Assembly (NCBI GenBank): GCA_951406725.2
Contig: OX597827.1
Coordinates: 20,956,001 to 21,020,000, forward strand
From: Octopus vulgaris
Lineage: Eukaryota
Direction: 5' to 3'
Length of the DNA: 64,000 nucleotides
The position numbers and the translations under genes are program-made. Every line of letters begins with the position of its first letter. Position 1 is the first letter of the stretch. The notes under the pieces are model-generated. The model was given only the letters and a program-made list of their open reading frames with translations. It ran no database searches and had not been told where the DNA came from. This document shows, piece by piece, positions 12,641 to 26,731 of the stretch.

Positions 12641-13031
12641 AGCAGACTGGTTACTACAGCGACACCAGTTTGCACATGTCAATTGTCTCCCTGCACACAT
12701 TTGATCAACGAACTCTCCCGTCCAGAGCAAAAACAAAAAGAATGCAAATAAATTGATCGCAAAAAAAAAGACAAATTCAAGGGAGACAGACATTCGAAGG
12801 ATGCCACTCAAGAGTAACGTCCCTTGATTCATTGATTCATTGTTTTATTTACGAGAAATCCCGTGGACAAGGCGAGACTGTTTTCCAAATGGAGGCGAAC
12901 ACCTTTCTCCATGTGATCGACTTGAATAATTCTTAAGATACTTGGATATTTTCCTACTTTTTTTAACATGAAACCAACGGTAGCCTTAATTCACAGATAA
13001 ACAATATATATACAGATAAAGAATACATATA

Positions 13032-13068
<37 letters not shown>

Positions 13069-13070
<2 letters not shown>

Positions 13071-13995
13071 GAAGGCTAACTCACCACACACCCCTTCAGG
13101 TAGGTGGCCCTGCTCGATCTGTAGAAAAGGTGTAGGTAGAAACTCCATAAGATGTACCCAGTGTAAGCTGTGGACACATAAGAGGTGCAGCAATATCAAA
13201 GGAAAATTAACCGAGAAGATAGCTTTCGTGTGCGGTAGATGCACAGGGGCAATTGACACCATTGATACTCAGAAAACAGATTCCATTACACTCCTTGGGG
13301 AGGAACTAGAAGTAGTTGATAGTTTCTGCTACCTAGGTGACCAAGTTAGTAGCAGGGGTGGATGTTCAGAGAGCCTTACCACTAGAATAAGAATAGCCTG
13401 AGCAAAGTTTAGAAAGCTTCTTCCCCTACTGGCGACAAAGGGTCTCTCGCTCAGAGTGAAAGGTAGGTTGTACGATGCATGTGTGCGAACTGCCATGCGC
13501 CACGGCAGTGAAACGTGGGCTGTGATTGCGGAGGACATGCGTAGGCTCGAAAGAAATGAAGCCAGCATGATCCGCTGGATGTGTAATGTCAGTGTCCATG
13601 CACGACACAGTGTAAGCGTCCTGAGAGAAATGTTGGGCATAAGATGCATTGGATGCAGCGTGCAGGAGAGACGATTGCGTTGGTACAGTCATGTACTAAG
13701 GATGGACGAGGAGAGATGTGTGAAGAACTGCCACTCCCAAAATGTTGAAAAAAACCGGGGTAGAGGTAGACCCAGGAAGACATGGGACGAGGTGGTCAAG
13801 CATGACCTTCGTACTTTGAGCCTCACAGAGGCTATGACGAAAGACCGAGACCTCTGGAGATATGCTGTGACTTCGAAGACCCGACAAATGAAGTGAGTTC
13901 ATGGCTCGCAGGACGGCCTGCTGTGCTAACCTTGGATCGTAGAGTGACCCGCTGTTCTTGAGGAGACCTGTTGAGTCAAGTTCGTCAACATCAAG
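13069..13995 (+). mobile_element. 5'-truncated RTE LINE
   Basis: PHD-like WPCSICRKGVGRNSIRC, FCYLG, GSETWA, RRLRWY and RGRGRPRKTW motifs; in-frame stop at 13399-13401. Confidence 0.9.
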
Positions 13996-13997
13996 TA

Positions 13998-15017
13998 CCT
14001 GTTGTCAGGTGATTTCAGACAAACTCTTCCTGTCATTCCGAAAGGTACTAGAGCAAATGAAGTCCGAGCATGCCTAAAGTCCTCTACCCTGTGGCATCAT
14101 GTTACAATCCTCAGTCTCACCACTAACATGAGAGCTCAGCTACACGGCGACAAAATGTCCACAAAGTTTGCACAGGACATTTTGACACTTGGTGAAGGCA
14201 AGATGCCTCTCGATGCTGCAGGACAAATGGAAGTGTGGTCATTTTCCTCTGTTCTTAATTCTGTAGATGACCTCAAAAACAAAGTCTTTCCCAACTTCAC
14301 ACAAAACTACCAAAATCACAATTGGCTGTGTGAAAGAGCAATATTAGCTCCAAAAAATGTCGTTGTTAACAAAATTAATCAACAGCTAATGCATTCTCTT
14401 CCCGGCACTATACACACTTACAAGTCTGTTGATACAATTCCAGATATAAATGAAGTTGTGAACTATCCTCCTGAATTTCTCAATTCACTGGAGCCTCCTG
14501 GACAACCTCCACACATATTAGCACTTAAAGTTGGAACTCCTGTAATGCTGCTCCGCAATCTGGAACCACCAAGACTTTGCAATTGAACACGACTGGTGAT
14601 AAAGAAAATGATGTCACACGTTAATCGAGGCGATCATTCTTTCTAGATGTGGAAAAGGTGATGACGTCTTTATTCCAAGAATTCCTCTTACTCCACCAGG
14701 AGCAGAAATTCCATTTACATTCAGAAGACTGCAATTCCTCCTTCGTGTCAGCTTTGCCATGTCCATTAACAAATTTCAGGGTCAAACCCTCTCTGTAGCT
14801 GGTCTTCTCTTGGAAGAGCCCTGCTTCTCGCATGGGAGACTGTATGTTGGCTGCTCAAGAGTAGCAACCAAAAGAAACCTTTTTGTATATGCTCCACAAG
14901 GAAAAACAAGGAACATTGTTTACAACGAGGTGTTATAATCTCAACAGCCAGGAGGTATATACACGATCCCCTTTTTTTTAACAAACTTCATGTACTTTCA
15001 TGTATTTATATACATAA

Positions 15018-15059
<42 letters not shown>

Positions 15060-15143
15060 CCATATATATATATATATATATATAACAGAAAAGTCTAATT
15101 CTTCAATTGAATGTAACCGGACAACGCCGGGTATCTCTGCTAG
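13998..15143 (+). mobile_element. Helitron 3' part (PIF1-like helicase pseudogene)
   Basis: GDFRQTLPVIPKG, ERAILAP and VMLLRNL...LCN motifs; terminal hairpin CCGGACAACGCCGG then CTAG|T at 15140-15143. Confidence 0.92.
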
Positions 15144-16019
15144 TATATATATATATATATATATTAACCAGTGTTGTTCAAACGATGAATAGCCTTACTT
15201 TATTATCATCTTATAATCATCTCATAATAATGACCTTTATGACTCGTATTACTACCTCAGTCAATCTAAATGTATATATTTGTCACTACCTGTCATAAAT
15301 AGCCTTTTTCTATTTACAATATGCATTTTCGTTGATTTTTCATATTTTACCCTTACATCACGTGTATTTTATCTTTTCTTTTCGTAACATATTTCTACTA
15401 TATATATATATACAATTCTGCGACAACAATTAGAGCTACAACAAACACACCTTTTCATATCACTAACTACTAAATCAAAAGAAATTGTTGCATCTTTAGC
15501 GACTTCAGATATTGCTTATGAAAATTGTACCTTTTAATAAATATCTGAAGTCGCTAAAGAACAAACAATAAATTGGATTTCTTTTGTGGGTAAATTAGAG
15601 CTGGTCAAAGTATTTTTTAGGTGAGAACTTTCACTGAATAATTTTTCTTACTCTTTGAATAAAGTTTATACTGAAATTATTTTGTGTTTAACTAAAAAAA
15701 GCATAACTTTGAAGAAATTGAAAAGAAAAAATTGCTTGAACCGAAATCTCTTTCGAGTTTAATTTAAAAATACATAAATTTTTAAAAATTGTTACTCTTA
15801 CTACGATATTCTACCTTAGAATTAATTACTGCGAATATCGGTGCCTAAAAATAATGAATCACTACCGAAAAAGAAAACTGAAGCAATCATTGCTGAATTT
15901 CTAATCTGATTCATCTAATAATGCTAAGCAGAAGAGAATTGCAAACGAAGTTTCGCAGCTCAAGGGAGGTCTTGCAAAGTCTTTCACACCCTCATTGGAT
16001 GATCTAGGACAGGTCGACT

Positions 16020-16665
16020 GCCAAGCAGTGCAGCCAGATCTAGCAAAGTTTGATCCAAAAATCTTTGGAAATCAAGAGACGTGACTTCTCGTGAAACTGG
16101 TATACTGGTCGTTTATGGTTAGAGTATTCTCTTTCAAAGAAAGCCTTGTTTAGTTTTGCTTGTCTGCTCAAGCTGATACTTGTTTTATTAATAATGGATA
16201 TTCTAAATGGCATCATGCAAAAGAAAAAAACAAAAGTTTAAATAAGCGCACAAAGTCTGCATCCCATATCCAAGCTATGGTAACATGGAAGGAACGCCAA
16301 CAACGTTTATCCACAACAACAGCCGTGTCTTCAATCTTTCCAAATGATCAGTTGATCAAAAACCATTATTATTATATCAGTTCCATTGTTGATATTGTTC
16401 ATTTTCTTTGTGCAAACGAATTACCTTTTCGTGGAAACGAAAATGAAGCTTTTCAGGATCTTTGTTCGGAAGATGATACGTAGCCTTGTGGCCTTTTTAT
16501 GAAATTATTCCAGAACACATCGGAGAAAGACTCAAAGCTAATGGAATATTTCAGCACGATTCCAAAAAATGCGACCTACACCTCAGCAGCAATGCAAAAC
16601 GAAATCATCGAATTGTTGCGAAGACACACTGTCAGCCTCGTGGTCGATGTTTATTTGAAATTATA
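16020..16665 (+). pseudogene. hAT transposase remnant (ZMYM1/DUF4371-like)
   Basis: GYSKW, FLCANELPFRG and NATYTSAAMQNEII motifs; disrupted by stops. Confidence 0.8.
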
Positions 16666-17093
16666 TAAAAATAATGTTTAAAGATTTGGCTGTTATCCCT
16701 AGCATGTAGAAAGACCTCTTAGGCTTAACTATTTGCTTGTTGAAAATCATTAAAAAAAATATTGGAGTCAACTAAAAATTCTTTGAGCTGATGCCCCAGC
16801 ATGGCCTCAGTTTAATGATTGCAACAAGTAAAATGAAGATAAAAACGAAATACATCAGAAGTTTTGACCAGGTCAAGAAATCCGGAAAAAAAACGAAAAA
16901 GTAACCGAAAAATGGGACTTTTGCATGGGACTTTTGTCCACTTTAAGTAGGAGCTTTTATCCGTACCCCTGTTCAGCACCCCCAGCTATCAAGATAGCAC
17001 CCCCAGTTGCAATCGGCTGGCTACATGGCTGATATATATATACATACATACATACATACATACATACATACATACATACATACATACATACGT

Positions 17094-17145
<52 letters not shown>

Positions 17146-17515
17146 CATACACACGCACACACACACAGAAGCTGAAGGCAACATCAACTGCAAGGGAAAT
17201 AAATAAAAACAATTTGTTCAAGTGCCGACGGTATTGTTAAAGTTTTCTTTTATGAATATTAATTTCCTCGTCTTTCCCCGAGTCCTTCAAACAGTCAAGT
17301 CCCATTTGGTGGCTGACAAACAACTGAACAACAACTGAACAACAATGGCTGTCAACATTTTTATTTATTTCATCAAAATAAGGTTTAACAAGAACAAAAG
17401 TTAATTTCTGTGTATATATATATATATGTATATATTTATGCAAAATATTGCATCTGTCGATTTGTTAATATGTAATCCCTACAAACACACACACACACAC
17501 ACAATGAAATTTATT

Positions 17516-17914
17516 ACAGTATCGCCCGGCGTTGCTCGGGTTTGTATGGGAAATAACTATATAAGTATTTTTAGAGATGTAAAGTATAATAGCCATCTCA
17601 ATATGGCTAACCACAAAGGGGGGGGGGGGGGTTTACTGTAGCTTTTTACGTTCTGAGATTTAATAATACATTTTTAGAGAGTTACTTCCCTTATATATGC
17701 CAAAAATGCATTAAAAATGGGAAAAATTGATGGTAAATTTTTTTTTAAATCGTAGACTCATCGTAGACGCGCGCTAATACCCAGAAGGGCTCGATATGAA
17801 TCACGACTATAAGATACCCGGTTTTGGTTAAACTGCACCGCAAAATGTGGGAGTAGTTAGGAATCTAAATCGTAGGAGACAGACAGCACACAACCTCACT
17901 TTTATATATAAAGA
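17516..17914 (-). mobile_element. Non-autonomous Helitron
   Basis: Minus strand starts TCTTTATATATAAAAG and ends with hairpin CCCGAGCAACGCCGGG. Confidence 0.75.
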
Positions 17915-18664
17915 TTTCCTGTCTTTTTGTCTTTCATTTAATTTCATATTACGCTCTGCAATCGACAAACACTTCTTTCTGAAGCAGGTACATACTCTGA
18001 TTTCTAACCTCAAGTTATTACTATCGCTATGCCTAAAATGATGTATATATATATAGGTGGTGGAGGTGGGGGAATTAATAAAAATCCTGGCCAGAATATT
18101 TGAAGCTCACCACTTTTTCTTTTCCTTTCTCTGCATGCGTGGACCTTAGGAAGATATCAATATTTACCTGTTTTAATTAAGGTGTGACCTAAAATCCCGT
18201 GAGAATATATAGTGTACTCTTATAAATATAGCACACGTTCACACGCCTACCTTTATGATGCTAATCTCTTTAATGAAACACACCTGTAGCTATACCATAA
18301 CACATACCATTCGTCGGTTTTGTTGATATATGTATGTATATATATATATATATATGTATGTATATATATTCATACATGCATGTGTGTGTGTGCAAGTATG
18401 TGTGTGTATGCCTGTGTGCATGTATGTATAATACAGTAAAAAAATACAAGAGTCTAGTATTAAATACATTGTATAAGAAAACCCCACATAATTATGGAAA
18501 AGAACCAACGTGAATAATTAAAACAGAGCAATTCGTAGTTGAAGCTAGACATCAGAGTGTCCAGAGGTGGGGATGAGAATATAGAGGCTGATAGAGGGGG
18601 AGTATAGTGGGTGTTAGTTGTAATGTTTCCACCGGGTTATTCAGATGAAGGTTAAGGTGACACC

Positions 18665-18801
18665 TTAAGACAAGTTTCCCATCCGTTTTTTGCCAAAATA
18701 ATGCTCAACGACCAGGACGGTATTGTCGGTTGTCGTCTTGGCGTCCGCCTCTGTTCCAAGTTCTGGATTCAGTTCAACCACATCCAGCACAGTCATTCGA
18801 C
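18665..18801 (-). CDS. ARG: Arginase, last coding exon
   Basis: TTTCAG acceptor; GRMTVLDVVELNPELG...YFGKKRMGNLS*; 137 nt, phase 1 start. Confidence 0.93.
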
Positions 18802-18956
18802 CTGAAACATAAACAACACATATTTATATCCGCGAGCGTGTGTGTGTGTGTGTGTATATGTGTGTATGTGTGTGTGTGTGTGTATGTGTGTGTGTATGTG
18901 TGTGTGTGTATATATGTGTGTGTATATATGTGTGTGTGTGTGTATATGTGTGTGTG

Positions 18957-19052
<96 letters not shown>

Positions 19053-19224
19053 CGTGTGTGTACGCACAAGCAGAAATGTTATAAGTTTAGCAGCAAGAGG
19101 AACAAAAAGCCACAAAGTCACCAGAAAAAAACGTAGCATTTCACATAAATATCATAAAGAAGAGGTTGATTAATCAAATAATTTTTGGTGTTAATCTTTC
19201 TTTATAAGAAAGTCCCAAAGAAAG

Positions 19225-20050
19225 CGTGAAGCACTTAGATTAAGGGACTGTGATGAAAGAGAAACTATGACGAAAGGAATGAATTGACTTTAGACTTGAA
19301 AGAGTTTAGGTGATGAGGAGGAGGAAAAAAATGAGTCGGGAGAGAGTTGCAAAGTGTGGCGGTTGGAGGGGGAAAAGGCTCCAATTGTAGAAAGACTTCC
19401 TTCTTGGTGGAAGTGCAGCAGCATCTGGATGAAGACGATGTGGTTTCGAGTCAAGTGAGATGGCACAAAGTGATGTGGAAGTAAGAGAGAAAGTCCATCA
19501 GAGCACTTCCTGTGGTAATAACGATAGATTGAACTTAGACTGGTGATGATGTCATGTCGATGCGACAAGAGTTGCAGAGTTGGAGCATAAGAGTGACCAA
19601 TCCTATTAGAGACTCGCTCCTGAACCCGGCCGAGGAGATGCAAGTGACAATATGCTGCACCTGTCCCCAAATATGGCAATAGTATTCCATACAAGGATGA
19701 ATTGTGGACTTATAAAGATACAAAATGGCCTCGGGTGTGACCTATACAATGGCCCTCGACGTTATGGGACCTACAAATTAACTGTATGTAAGAACACCAA
19801 GAAAGATCTGCAGGAAAGTAGGACCAAGGGATTTCAAAGAACACCTTTCCTCAAGTGGTTTGATTGTCTTACCATGTGATATCTCAGACCTATAATTCAT
19901 GTAAACGGAAGGAAGAAAGGGATCCCGTTTCCTACTGAAAGACATAGGTTTGCTCTTTCCAGTGTTGAAAGTTGCTAGTCACTTCTCACTCCATTTCTTA
20001 ACAGCCTACAGATTCACATAAAGATTAACAACAAATTGCAACCATTTCAA
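19225..20050 (-). mobile_element. CR1-group (Crack/Daphne-like) LINE 3' remnant
   Basis: LYKSTIHPCMEYYCHIWG and LSHRH...IYRYYHRKCSDGL motifs with frameshifts. Confidence 0.75.
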
Positions 20051-20808
20051 GGAAGAAAGATTGCCAGGAAAACCGGAATAAAGAGTAGTAACATCAGAAT
20101 AAACATAGATGAATTGAATTGTGTGACAACGTAGTTAATTGACAAACCAATTACAAGCACAACTTAGAATTTATAAAGACGGGGGGTGGGCTTAAAAAAA
20201 CAAAAACAAAGCACGTCCACAAGTATCGACTAACAAATGCTATCATGCAACGGGATCGATATATCACTGGATATGCACCTTCATTTCATGTAATTTATGC
20301 AACTTATGATGGTGATGGTGTATTAATTTCTATTTCGTATAATCCTTCAGCGATGTTTCTGCTACTGAATCTATGCTGAAACAATTGTATTGTAGTGTTG
20401 TGCAATGAAGTGTATTGCGTCGGTTTATCTCTGGTTGATGCCAAGAAGGTGAAGTGCTACGCAAACCTTATTGAACCTGCAATCGGTCATTGAACCTCGA
20501 CCGGGCATCAGGTTGAGCCCTCCGACTCAACCTTATGTTCGGTTGAGTCGGAGGGTGCCGCGTGGAGCATGCGTGCCGCGGACGCGACCCTGGGTGAAGC
20601 CGACTGCTGCTGCAATAATCTCACGCACGGGCATTGCTGGCATTTTGCATGGACAATGGTCAGTGATGGTCTTCATCTGTCACAAGTGGACAGCCAGCAT
20701 CATCATCATCATCATCATAATCATCCTCACATATATATATATGTATATATTATTCTTAAACAAGAATATTATTGACAGTGACTTCAAAGTTTCTGCCAGC
20801 AAACCTAT

Positions 20809-20858
<50 letters not shown>

Positions 20859-20892
20859 TTAATAACTAATTGATTTTATCCTTAATTATTGA

Positions 20893-21373
<481 letters not shown>

Positions 21374-21376
21374 TAT

Positions 21377-21468
<92 letters not shown>

Positions 21469-21605
21469 GTAAAATTGATTAATTGATTAATAATTAATAA
21501 TTCCACCAAGTAGTGATTCGGTATATAATTTGTCTGATGTTAATGGAATCAGATAGGTATGTTCAGATTTTTTTCAGTGCTACTAAACTTAAAATATATG
21601 GAAAT

Positions 21606-21690
21606 ACTGTGCTGATGAGAAAAGTGATCAGAATGGAAGTGCAATTCTTGCATTTTTCATATCTATCTAATTTCAAAACGCGTCCACAGT
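21606..21690 (+). ncRNA. Type I hammerhead ribozyme with mutated core
   Basis: ACUGUG-CUGAUGA-GAAA...UUUC-AAAAC-GC-GUC-CACAGU; GAAAC changed to AAAAC. Confidence 0.65.
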
Positions 21691-21860
21691 TAATAAAATG
21701 CCAGGTGAATTTCGTTATTTTCTTTCTCTGCCTACGTGATACGTTTTTGAGCATATATTGTCTGGGAGTTGTTTCTTACAGTAGAAGAAATAGCTAGTTT
21801 CTTTGGCTGCTTTTTCTAAAGTTCGGTGTGTGGTGAAGCAAATTCTTTTGCCTAACCCTT

Positions 21861-21933
<73 letters not shown>

Positions 21934-21936
21934 TAT

Positions 21937-22003
<67 letters not shown>

Positions 22004-22265
22004 TAGATATGTGTGTGTATGTATGTATGTATGTATGTATGTATGTATGTATGTATGAATGGCAACCAGATCGAACCATCTCAAGTGTAAATGTCCGAAA
22101 TAGTCATGACTTCTGGTACTTGACTGATGAAAGAAAGCCAAGAATGACCCATCTTTTTTTGACTGTCCTTCTAATTGTTGTTTTTCTTGTCCGCCTTTGT
22201 ATCGTCTATCTGTCCGAACGTTTCAATGCCCTCTATTCCGCTTTTGTGCCATTTTTATATTTATA

Positions 22266-22332
<67 letters not shown>

Positions 22333-23579
22333 GCGTGTGTGTGTGTGTATGTTTATTACAGATAAAGAGTATGGAAAAAGTAAAAGAAAGTGGAGAGAGA
22401 AGGAGGGAGGGACTGTAATTTTCAATTTAAAAACTGCATTTTGGCAAACACTAAACGGAATTAAAATGTAAAGGTTGTTTGTTGAGAACCCATTATTCCG
22501 TAACGAGGTTGGCAGGAATGAAGTTTGGTATTGCTGCCGTCAGTCGTTGCAGATATTTTAAGGCTGAGGGAAATGGAGATTGGCTTTCAAATAGCACCAC
22601 AACCAATAATCACAGTCAATTAGATCTGACATTCTGCGAAGTCATTCAAAAATCTGTTCTTTGCTGATTATGTCAATATTAAAATACATTTGCAAATGGC
22701 TTTCCATTGCGTCGGATGCGGTGGATGTAGATCCATGCATCCGAGAGAGAACTGTGGTTCGTGCACTTACGAGTTAGAAGCTTTGAGACGACCGACAATT
22801 GATATATCTTAGCAACAAACACTATTTAATGTCCCAAATACTGACATAAAAACTACACACTTAAAATAAACGTTGAACGAGGTTTACAATATCATTGCGG
22901 GTAGGCTAAAAAAGAAACACTTTCTAAAGTTGCTTTGCATTTCTAGAAGACTGCATACGTACATTAACGTGCAGTGAATCTCTACAGCGTGGCCAATAAC
23001 GATCGTCTTAATACCGTTAAAGTGCTTCGATTAAAGAAGTATTTGATTCCAAGGACTTTCGATCGTTTAAGGCCAGTTCATAGAAGGAAAACATTCAGCT
23101 GTGTGAAGACTATCTGTAGTCACTACACGTCTCCAGAAAACCAAAGCCAACGAAGGGGTCTCAACGGATTTGTTTGATTTGATAGAAATAGCAGTGAAAA
23201 CACCTTCAAAGCTTTGTCTACCGTTTTATAAAAAAGAATATGCTGTGCTTCGACACATGTCCAATCTGAAGAATAATGCCGGAATGGAATGTCATTTAAT
23301 TGTAAGCTTGCTTCATCAGGGCTGACTTGGAGTTGAACAACAACAACAACAACAACTAAAGTAGAAGATTTTCATTACGAAATCCGTTACAATTCTTCAT
23401 TACAAGTGGGGAACTTGGTTCACGGTTAATTTCCTGGGAGGCTACTACACTCAGGTGGTCAAGATGGTTGGTAATGATTCCGTCAGTTCGCTTCCTTATA
23501 CACAATTTACGGATTGTAAAGAATTTCAAAAATAAACGAATTTTGTCTTGGCGTTCTTTATTTTGGAAACGCTCCTTTC

Positions 23580-25000
23580 CCGTCTGAAAAATGAACGAAG
23601 AGATTGGATAACACCGTCCAGCGTTGTGCCGAACTGATCTCCAAAGTCAGTTTTGGCAGCGTTGACTGGCAAAGGGCCGATCTGTGTATTGGATTCGGTG
23701 GCCTTGATCTCCGTTTTGTAGTGAACCTGGCTCTGCTGGCCTATCTTTCCTCGCTCTCCTCCAGCCACACCCACATCGACGAGGTGCCCCACGAGGTGAC
23801 CGAATCAGATGTCGCCCAGGAATAAGAGTCAGCTCTAGCCGATTATACCATTGGGGGTCTTGCCGTCCACGAGAATACGATGTCCAACACAATTGGGATG
23901 ACATCAGATGGAAGTCCATCTTCGTGCGGCTAGAGGCATCACTTGACCAGCGCCGCTTTGCCTGCCTCCGTTCCGCCTTGCAGCTAAATAGCGGTCCATG
24001 GTTCAAGTCAGTGCATTCCTCATCTGCCGGTACCCTTCTACATGATGAGTGCATCCGTATTGGAGTGGCCTACGCCTCGGTCACCGCGTGTGTGATCCGC
24101 ACAAATATCACTGTGGAACGGCAGTAAACGAATTCGGGTTGCATCCATTGTCCTGCATTGTTAGCGCGGGTTGATTCTGCCGACACACCGCTCTCAAGGA
24201 CATAGCCATAATTACTTATTTCAATCATTAGACTGTGGCCATGCTGGGGCCCCGCCTTGAAGAATCTTTTCTTGAAAGAATGGATCCCAGTACTAATGTT
24301 TTTTAAGCCTGTCTCTTTTGCCGAACAGCTAAGTTATAGGGGATGTAAACACACCCACACCGGTTATCAAGCAGGGGTGGGAGACAAATGCAGACACAAA
24401 GACACACACACACACACACAAACATACATATACGACGGGCTTCTTTCAATTTCCGTCTACCAAATCCGCTCACAAGACTTTGGTAGGTCTTTGGAGGCTA
24501 TAGTGGAAAACACTGGCCCAACGGGCCACACTGAGAGCCTGGACCCGGAAAGAACTTCTATAAAACTTTGCATATTTTAATGCACAAATTGACGCATCTG
24601 GTTTCCCGTCTCAACTTGAACCAGCGAGTCTTCACTGCGGAGACGATGAGCGTCCCGACGGAATGGCCCGCTTCTCATTCGAGAGAGGCAGATCTCTGGT
24701 CAGGGACGCGATGTGCAGTGACACGTTCTCCGGCTTCAACCATACAGCATCGGCAACAAACCCGGATGTCGCCAGCCTCAACGCGAAGGAGAGAATAGTC
24801 AATAAATGTAGGGGTCTGACCGGCTGCTATCTGTTCGTGGCGGTCGCTTTTGGAACGTCAAGTTTTCTCGGGTCCCGTACTATGGATTTCCTCCGCAAAA
24901 TAGGGATAGCGACGGAACATCGAAGAAATGCGTCCCGCGAGGCGGAGTGGTTGCTGCAGCGAGTGTCGCATCACCGCCATCATTACCGCTGGGGCGGCTG
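23580..25000 (+). mobile_element. CRE-like RLE non-LTR retrotransposon remnant (interrupted at 24212-24590)
   Basis: LHDECIRIGVA, RHTAL, RPDG...DAMCSDTF and WLLQRVS motifs. Confidence 0.75.
24212..24590 (-). repeat. Inverted duplicate of 25851-26230 (SINE plus unique flank)
   Basis: Near-identical reverse complement, including about 40 bp of non-SINE flank. Confidence 0.9.
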
Positions 25001-25850
25001 AGCATACCATTTGTTCTGAGGAGATGTGACCCACCACCCCTCCCACACCATCTTCTACTGTCCCCCCACCACGCCCTTTTCTTTCCTTTTTTTTCCTTTC
25101 TCATCTCTCTTTCTTCCTGTTTCTTTCTATTAAAATTTGATTCTATAAAAATCGGTCTTGAAAACTTACAAAATGGCGAAATTGTAATGACAGAATGTCA
25201 GTTAATATTTTTTATACAATCGTGAAAATTTCGGGATTTAACTTTGAATAAAAGTAATAAAACTTATTTTAAAATTAATTCAACGTCCCAACACTAAAAG
25301 TCTGACAGTTTTTTTTGTATTTTTATTGTAGTGCGATGAATAAATTGATGTTTATTTCAGTGCAAGGGGAAGGTTCTATCGCGTATACGGTCTTCGTTTC
25401 CTACGCAAAGTATATATGTGTTACAATGAAGACAAACAACAGGAACCTTAATATTGTTGGAAGGTCGACTAGTTAGGAAAAGCAGCCAAGTTCCTTCAAC
25501 TCAGCCAGAATTACACATCATAATGTTGATTGCTATGGCGACTGATAGCCTAGTCTATTCGAGAATAAATATTTTATACTCCCTGGCTTGCTAGTCCCAA
25601 TCAAACCGTCTAACCCATGCCAGTATCGAAAATGGACGTTAAAAGATGATGATGATGACGATGATGATGATGATGTAATCTTCAGACACTCTGACATGCC
25701 GAATTAAGGTCACTCCCAGGACGCTATGGCTTTATTACTGTCTTTATAAGTTAACAATTTAACTGCCCAGAAAATGAATTTCTAAAAATAATTTTAACTT
25801 AATTCAACTGCTTTAATGCATTCCATATTTTTCGTATAAAACGGGTTTAA

Positions 25851-26230
25851 AATTTGTGCATTAAAATATGCAAAGTTTTATAGTTCTTTCCGGGTCCAGG
25901 CTCTCAGTGTGGTCCGTTGGGCAAGTGCTTTCCCCTATAGCCTCCAAAGACCGACCAAAGTCTTGTGAGCGGATTTGGTTGACGGAAACTGAAAGAAGCC
26001 CGTCGTATATGTCTGTTTGTGTGTGTGTGTGTGTGTGTGTCTTTGTGTCTGCATTTGTCTCCCACCCCTGCTTGATAACCGGTGTGGGTGTGTTTACATC
26101 CCCTATAACGTAGCTGTTCGGCAAAAGAGACAGGCTTAAAAAACATTAGTACTGGGATCCATTCTTTCAAGAAAAGATTCTTCAAGGCGGGGCCCCAGCA
26201 TGACCACAGTCTAATGATTGAAACAAGTAA
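25851..26230 (+). mobile_element. tRNA-SINE copy, probable donor of 24212-24590
   Basis: GGCGGGGCCCCAGCATGACCACAGTC...GAAACAAGTAAAAGA tail. Confidence 0.8.
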
Positions 26231-26302
26231 AAGACAATGGCTTGTATCTAGAAACTGTGTTGAAGACTGTAGATTGTTGTTGCAGGTCTTCTAGCTAAAT
26301 TG

Positions 26303-26731
26303 GGATCTTTTCGGTCTGAACGGCAGTTTTTAACATAATTTCTTTGTAACTAAAAAATTTTAAACTTCGTATACTGGTAGAATGTGTTTATAAAACATCT
26401 TTTTCTCTTGGCTTTATTCGGAAAATTCTATAGTTTGTAAGATATTTGTTGTTGTTTTTTTCTACAATTTCTGCAATTTCAACCAATCAAATACGTCTAT
26501 TGAGGTAAAAAATATTCTGTGCCGTATGAATATGTCCCTCGTTTAAGAAACAGATTGGGTTTATTTACATTTGTGAAGGAAAAAAGATTCCCTTCCCCCT
26601 AACACTAACCCTAACTAACCCTAACCCTACAACAGATTGAAATGCAATAGATCGATACTAGGGTCATAATTATGGGTGACAATTTCACATGACACCGCTA
26701 GAAAAAACTGCCGTTCAAACCGAAAAGATCC
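26303..26731 (+). mobile_element. Merlin-like MITE
   Basis: TIRs GGATCTTTTCGGT(C/T)TGAACGGCAGTTTT; perfect 8 bp TSD CTAAATTG. Confidence 0.85.

Noticed and set aside
18730-19173. ORFs of CV/HT/YI repeats here and throughout the window
   Set aside because: Microsatellite translations.
26595-26632. Telomere-like CTAACC repeats
   Set aside because: Short and internal to a MITE; not an interstitial telomere.
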